From Vicugna vicugna (lineage: Eukaryota), in NCBI GenBank assembly GCA_013265495.1, contig MU057521.1, positions 620,001 to 684,000 on the forward strand: a DNA stretch of 64,000 bases, given 5' to 3'. A program made the translations under genes and the position numbers. Each line of letters opens with the position of its first letter. Position 1 is the first letter of the stretch. Below the pieces are notes generated by a model that ran no database searches, was not told where the DNA came from, and was given only the letters and a program-made list of their open reading frames with translations. Positions 63,886 to 64,000 of this stretch are shown here, piece after piece.

Positions 63886-64000
63886 TCTGGGGAAGAAGAA
63901 CGCTGAACTACAAAACTGACAAAAAGACAGACTTTTTTTGTTTCTTTGATTTCCGAGCCTTCATAAACCAACACTGTTGTAATACTGTAACCAATATGAA

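Noticed and set aside
1..64000. The 60-152 aa ORFs in the supplied track as host genes
   Set aside because: Apart from L1 ORF2 remnants, they are short, often start at non-ATG codons, overlap decayed repeats and resemble no protein I recognise. This is what chance gives in mammalian non-coding DNA.

Overview
AT-rich, CpG-depleted mammalian genomic DNA, either intronic or intergenic. The young LINE-1 3' ends resemble camelid/cetartiodactyl L1 as I recall it, and I see no Alu, BovB/Bov-tA or PRE1 SINEs, so camel/alpaca is my inference. I recognise no host protein-coding gene. The only recognisable peptides in the ORF track are decayed L1 ORF2p fragments. The window is a mosaic of L1, L2, L3/CR1, MIR, MaLR/ERVL/ERV1 solo LTRs and hAT/Tigger DNA transposon relics. 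Repeat names come from remembered consensus sequences, not a RepeatMasker run. Most notable: (1) a near full-length L1 (6870-13040) whose 5' half is inverted together with about 130 bp of non-L1 DNA, with most of the endonuclease domain deleted; (2) a U6 5' fragment plus an L1 3' end bracketed by three copies of one target-site sequence; (3) an ~80-bp local copy inserted into a MER5A; (4) a young/old L1 chimera inside one TSD-like pair; (5) developmental TF motif clusters, one of them a symmetric ~80-bp hairpin; (6) a series of minus-strand splice signals (recursive-site-like AG|GTAAG, microexon candidates, a speculative 61-aa spliced ORF). I found no convincing new biological system, and there are no prokaryotic or CRISPR features.
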